From Eledone cirrhosa (lineage: Eukaryota), in NCBI GenBank assembly GCA_964016885.1, contig OZ024743.1, positions 142,786,001-142,850,000 of the forward strand: a stretch of 64,000 bases of DNA. Reading direction: 5' to 3'. Below are positions 59,301 to 64,000 of this stretch, one piece after another. The position numbers were made by a program, and so were the translations under genes. Numbering within the stretch: the stretch's first letter is position 1; every line of letters starts with the position of its first letter. The notes beneath the pieces are model-generated. The model was not told the origin of the DNA, did not search any database, and saw nothing but the letters and a program-made list of their open reading frames with translations.

Positions 59301-62130
59301 GCACCAAGCACCAAGCACCAAACACCAAGAACCAAGCACCAAACACCAAGCACCAAGCACCAAGTACATACACCAAGCACCAAACACCAAGCACCAAACA
59401 CCAAGCACCAAGCACCAAACACCAAACACCAAACACCAAACACCAAACACCAAGCACCAAGCACCAAACACCAAACACCAAACAGCAAGCACCAAGCACC
59501 AAACACCAAGCACCAAGCACCAAACAACAAACACCTAGCACCATGCACCAAACACTAATCACCAAGCACCAAGCACCAAACACCAAGCACCAAGCAGCAA
59601 GCACCAAACACCAAACACCAAGCACCAAGCACCAAGCACCAAACACCAAGCACCAAGCACCAAACACCAAACCCCAAGCACCAAAGACCAAGCACCAAGC
59701 ACCAAGGACCAAACACCAAGCACCAAGCATCAAGCACCAAGCACCAAACACCAAGCACCAAGCACCAAACACCCAGCACCAAGCACCAAGCACCAAACAC
59801 CAAGCACCAAGCACGAAACACCAAACACCAAACACCAAGCACCAAGCATTAAACACCAAACACCAAACACCAAACACGAAACAGCAAACACCATACAGCA
59901 AACACCAAACACCAAGCACCAAGCACCAAACACCAAACCCCAAGCACCAAGCACCAAACACTAATAACCAAGCACCAAGCACCAAACACCAAACACCAAG
60001 CACCAAGCACCAAGCACCAAACACCAAAGACCAAGCACCAACCACCTAGCACCAAACAGAAAGCACCAGGCACCAAGCCCCAAACACCAAGCACCATGCA
60101 CCAAACACCAAGCACGAAGCACCAAACACCAAGCACCAGGCACCAAACACTTAACACCAAGCACCAAGCACCAAGTACCAAACACCAAGCACCAAACACC
60201 AAACACCAAGCACCAAACACCAAGTACCAAGCACCAAACACCAAGCACCAAGCACCAAGCACCAAACACCAAGAACCAAGCACCAAACACCAAGCACCAA
60301 GCACCAAGTATGAAACACCAAGCACCAAACACCAAACACCAAGCACCAAACACCAAGCACCAAGCACCAAACACCAAGAACCAAGCACCAAACACCAAGC
60401 ACCAAGCACCAAGTACATACACCAAGCACCAAACACCAAACACAAAACACCAAGCACCAAGCAACAAGCATCAAACACCAAGCATCAAACACCAAACACC
60501 AAGTACCAAGCACCAAACACCAAACACCAAGCACCAAGCACCAAGCACCAAACACCATACACCCAGCACCAAACACCAAGCTCAAAGCACCAAGCACCAA
60601 ACACCAAGCACCAAACACCAAACACCAAGCACCAAGCACCAAACACCAAACACCAAACACCAAGCACCAAGCCCCAAAGACTAATCACCAAGCACCAAGC
60701 ACCAAACAACAAGCACCAAGCACCAAGCACCAGGCACCAAGCACCAAGCACCAAACACAGAACACCAAGCACCAAGCACCAAGCACCAAGCAGCAAAAAC
60801 CAAGCATCAAACACCAAACACCAAACACCAAGCACCAAACACCAAACACCAAGCACCAAGCACCAAGCACCAAGCACCAAGCACCAATCAGCAAACACCA
60901 AGCACCAAGCACCAAACACCAAGCACCAGGCACTAAGCACCAAACACCAAGCACCAAGCACCAAACACCAAACACCAAGCACCAAAGACCAAGCACCAAG
61001 CTCCAAACAACAAGCACCAAGCACCAAGCACCAAACACCAAGCACCAAGCACCAAGCACCAAAAACCAAGCACCAAGCACCAAGCACCAAACACCAAACA
61101 CCAAGCACCAAAGACCAAGCACCAAGCACCAAACACCAAGCACCAAGCACCAAACACCAACCACCCAGCACCAAGCACCAAGCACCAAACACCAAGCACT
61201 AAACATCAACCACCAAACAGCAAGCACCAAGCACCAAGCACCAAACACCAAGCCCCAAGCACCAACCACCAAACACTAATCACCAAGCACCAAGCAGCAA
61301 ACAACAAGCACCAAGCACCAAGCACAAGGCACCAAGCACCAAGCACCAAACACTATTCAACAAGCACCAAGCACCAAGCACCAAACACCAAACACCGAGC
61401 AGCAATCACCAAGCACCAAACACCAAGCCCCAAGCACCAAACACCAAGCACCAAGCACCAAACACCAAACACCAAGCACCAAAGACCAAGCACCAAGCAC
61501 CAAGCACCAAGCACCAAACACCAAGCACCTAGCAACAAACACCCAGCACCAAGCACCAACCACCAAGCACCAAGCACCAAACACCAAACACCAAACACCA
61601 AGCACCAAGCACCAAACAGCAAGCACCAAACACCAAACACCAAACACCAAACACCAAACAGCAAGCACCAAACACCAAACAGCAAAGAGCAAACGCCAAA
61701 CACCAAGCACCAAGCACCAAGCACCAAACACCAAGCACCAAGCACCAAGCATTAAATACCAAACAGCAAACACCAAACACGAAACAGCAAACACCATACA
61801 GCAAACACCAAACACCAAGCACCAAGCACCAAACACCAAACCCCAAGCACCAAGCACCAAACACTAATAACCAAGCACCAAGCACCAAGCACCAAACACC
61901 AAGCACCAAGCACCAAGCACCAAACACCAAAGACCAAGCACCAAGCACCTAGCACCAAACACAAAGCACCAGGCACCAAGCCCCAAACACCAAGCACCAT
62001 GCACCAAACACCAAGCACCAAGCACGAAGCACCAAACACCAAGCACCAAACACTTAACACCAAGCACCAAGCACCAAGTACCAAACACCAAGCACCAAAC
62101 ACCAAACACCAAGCACCAAACACCAAGCAC
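44400..62130 (+). repeat. ~8.9-kb super-HOR, two copies, each holding two copies of an inner block spaced ~3.6 kb apart
   Basis: Outer offsets are 8888 (44494/53382), 8944 (45166/54110, 46956/55900) and 8916 (47262/56178, 50038/58954, 51180/60096, 52437/61353, 53083/61999). Inner offsets are 3615-3671 (44494/48109, 45787/49458) and 3643 (53382/57025). Confidence 0.93.
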
Positions 62131-64000
62131 CAAGCACCAAACACCAAACACCAAGCACCAAGCACCAAACACCAAGCACCAAGCACCAAGCACCAAACAC
62201 CAAAGACCAAGCACCAAGCACCTAGCACCAAACACAAAGCACCAGGCACCAAGCCCCAAACACCAAGCACCATGCACCAAACACCAAGCACCAAGCACCA
62301 AGCACCAAACACCAAGCACCAAGCACCAAACACTTAACACCAAGTACCAAGCACCAAGTACCAAACACCAAGCCCCAAACACCAAACACCAAGCACCAAA
62401 CACCAAGCACCAAGCACCAAACACCAAGCACCAAGCACCAAGCACCAAACACCAAGAACCAAGCACCAAACACCAAGCACCAAGCACCAAGTACATACAC
62501 CAAGCACCAAACACCAAACACAAAACACCAAGCACCAAGCAACAAGCATCAAACACCAAGCATCAAACACCAAACACCAAGTACCAAGCACCAAACACCA
62601 AACACCAAGCACCAAGCACCAAGCACCAAACACCATACACCCAGCACCAAACACCAAGCACAAAGCACCAAACACCAAACACAAAGCACCAAACACCAAA
62701 CACCAAGCACCAAGCACCAAACACCAAACACCAAGCCCCTAGCACCAAAAACCTAACACCAAGTACCAAGCACCAAGCACCAAGCACCGAACACCAAGCA
62801 CCAAACACCAAGCACCAAACACCAAGCACCAAGCACCAAACACCAAACACCAAGCACCAAGCACCAAGCATCAAGCACCAGGCACCAAGCCCCAAACATC
62901 AAGCACCATGCACCAAACACCAAGCACCAAGCACCAAGCACCAAACACGAAGCACCAAGCACCAAACACTTAACACCAAGCACCAAGCACCAAGCACCAA
63001 ACACCAAGCACCAAACACCAAACACCAAGCACCAAGTACCAAACACCAAGCACCAAGCACCAAACACCAAGCACCAAGCACCAAGCACCAAACACCAAGA
63101 ACCAAGCACCAAACACCAAGCACCAAGCACCAAGTACATACACCAAGCACCAAACACCAAGCACCAAACACCAAGCACCAAGCACCAAACACCAAACACC
63201 AAACACCAAACACCAAACACCAACCACCAAGCACCAAACACCAAACACCAAACAGCAAGCACCAAGCACCAAACACCAAGCACCAAGCACCAAGCACCAA
63301 ACACCAAGCACCAAGCAGCAAGCACCAAACACCAAGCGCCAAGCACCAAACACCAAACACTAATAACCAAGCACCAAGCACCAAGAACCAAACACCAAGC
63401 ACCAAGTACCAAGCACCAAACACCAAAGACCAAGCACCAAGCACCTAGCACCAAACACAAAGCACCAGGCACCAAGCCCCAAACAACAAGCACCATGCAC
63501 CAAACACCAAGCACCAAGCACGAAGCACCAAACACCAAGCACCAAACACTTAACACCAAGCACCAAGCACCAAGTACCAAACACCAAGCACCAAACACCA
63601 AACACCAAACACCAAGCACCAAACACCAAGCACCAAGCACCAAGCACCAAACACCAAGAACCAAGCACCAAACACCAAGCACCAAGTACATACACCAAGC
63701 ACCAAACACCAAACACAAAACACCAAGCACCAAGCAACAAGCATCAAACACCAAGCATCAAACACCAAACACCAAGTACCAAGCACCAAACAACAAACAC
63801 CAAGCACCAAGCACCAAGCACCAAACACCATACACCCAGCACCAAACACTAAGCACAAAGCACCAAGCACCAAACACCAAGCACCAAACACCAAACACCA
63901 AACACTAAGCACCAACACCAAACACCAAAACCCAAACACTAGACCCCAAGCACGAAACACCAAACACCAAATACCAAGCACCAAGCACCAAAGACTAATC

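Larger units (their letters stand above)
1..64000 (+). repeat. Heptameric satellite array (CACCAAG/CACCAAA)n, single orientation, extends past both window edges
   Basis: The window parses throughout into 7-bp CACCAAR monomers or 1-3-substitution variants (cactaat, cacgaag, cacttaa, cattaaa, cagcaaa, gaccaag, taccaaa). The + strand has almost no T, and G is mostly confined to position 7. No reverse-complement (TTGGTG) tract was seen. Confidence 0.99.

Noticed and set aside
222-63984. Hundreds of ORFs on both strands, including hydrophobic Trp/Cys-rich 'membrane-like' and mucin-like products
   Set aside because: They overlap in all frames, are pure translations of the 7-mer, begin and end at sporadic variant monomers, and have no unique domains or codon-position bias.
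1-64000. CRISPR array or repeat-spacer system
   Set aside because: There are no unique spacers, no palindromic 23-50-bp repeat, no leader and no cas genes. The sequence between markers is the same heptamer.
1-64000. Canonical telomerase-synthesised telomere
   Set aside because: The monomer matches no telomere repeat I recognise, and rare variants are propagated in kb-scale blocks, which implies DNA-templated duplication. A telomere-related origin is kept only as a hypothesis.
1-64000. Bacterial heptamer repeats (cyanobacterial STRR-type) or a contingency locus
   Set aside because: Those arrays are typically short and lie among genes. Here there are 64 kb with no gene and a different consensus.
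1-64000. Sequencing artefact (polymerase stutter or rolling-circle concatemer)
   Set aside because: Hierarchically shared variants, several distinct periods and regional marker layers indicate real evolutionary history. Individual near-identical HOR copies could still be mis-assembled and need read support.
1-64000. Transposons, tRNA/rRNA, terminators, hairpins, promoters
   Set aside because: There are no inverted repeats (the + strand nearly lacks T, so little self-pairing is possible), no target-site duplications and no complex sequence. TAAT, TTAA and CCAAT-like words are single mutated monomers without supporting context.
1-64000. A/G string as an encoded message or recording system
   Set aside because: The pattern is explained by block duplication and there is no writer or reader machinery in the window. 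Only its statistical structure is retained as a testable finding.

Overview
The whole 64-kb window is one uninterrupted, head-to-tail heptanucleotide satellite, consensus 5'-CACCAAR-3' (CACCAAG and CACCAAA interleaved; minus strand YTTGGTG), about 9,100 monomers. I see no unique sequence, inversion, transposon, RNA gene, CRISPR array or credible protein-coding gene. The listed ORFs (KHQAPST- and WCLVLGA-type repeats) arise because the 7-mer has no stop codon in any frame. The information lies above the monomer level. (i) The A/G state at position 7 and rare variant monomers form a copied 'barcode'. (ii) A 44-monomer (308-bp) core with a fixed marker order recurs about 30 times. (iii) Near-identical nested higher-order repeats (HORs) have periods of about 0.1, 0.4, 0.87, 1.78, 3.57, 3.65, 3.67, 5.0 and 8.9 kb, read from exact offsets between matching ORFs. 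(iv) A distinct variant layer occupies about 5-23 kb. (v) One HOR junction falls inside a matching A/G code word. The architecture resembles eukaryotic (peri)centromeric or subtelomeric satellite DNA, but organism, location and function cannot be determined from the sequence. I found no evidence of a novel gene-encoded system. All comparisons were made by eye and from the ORF track, not by alignment.
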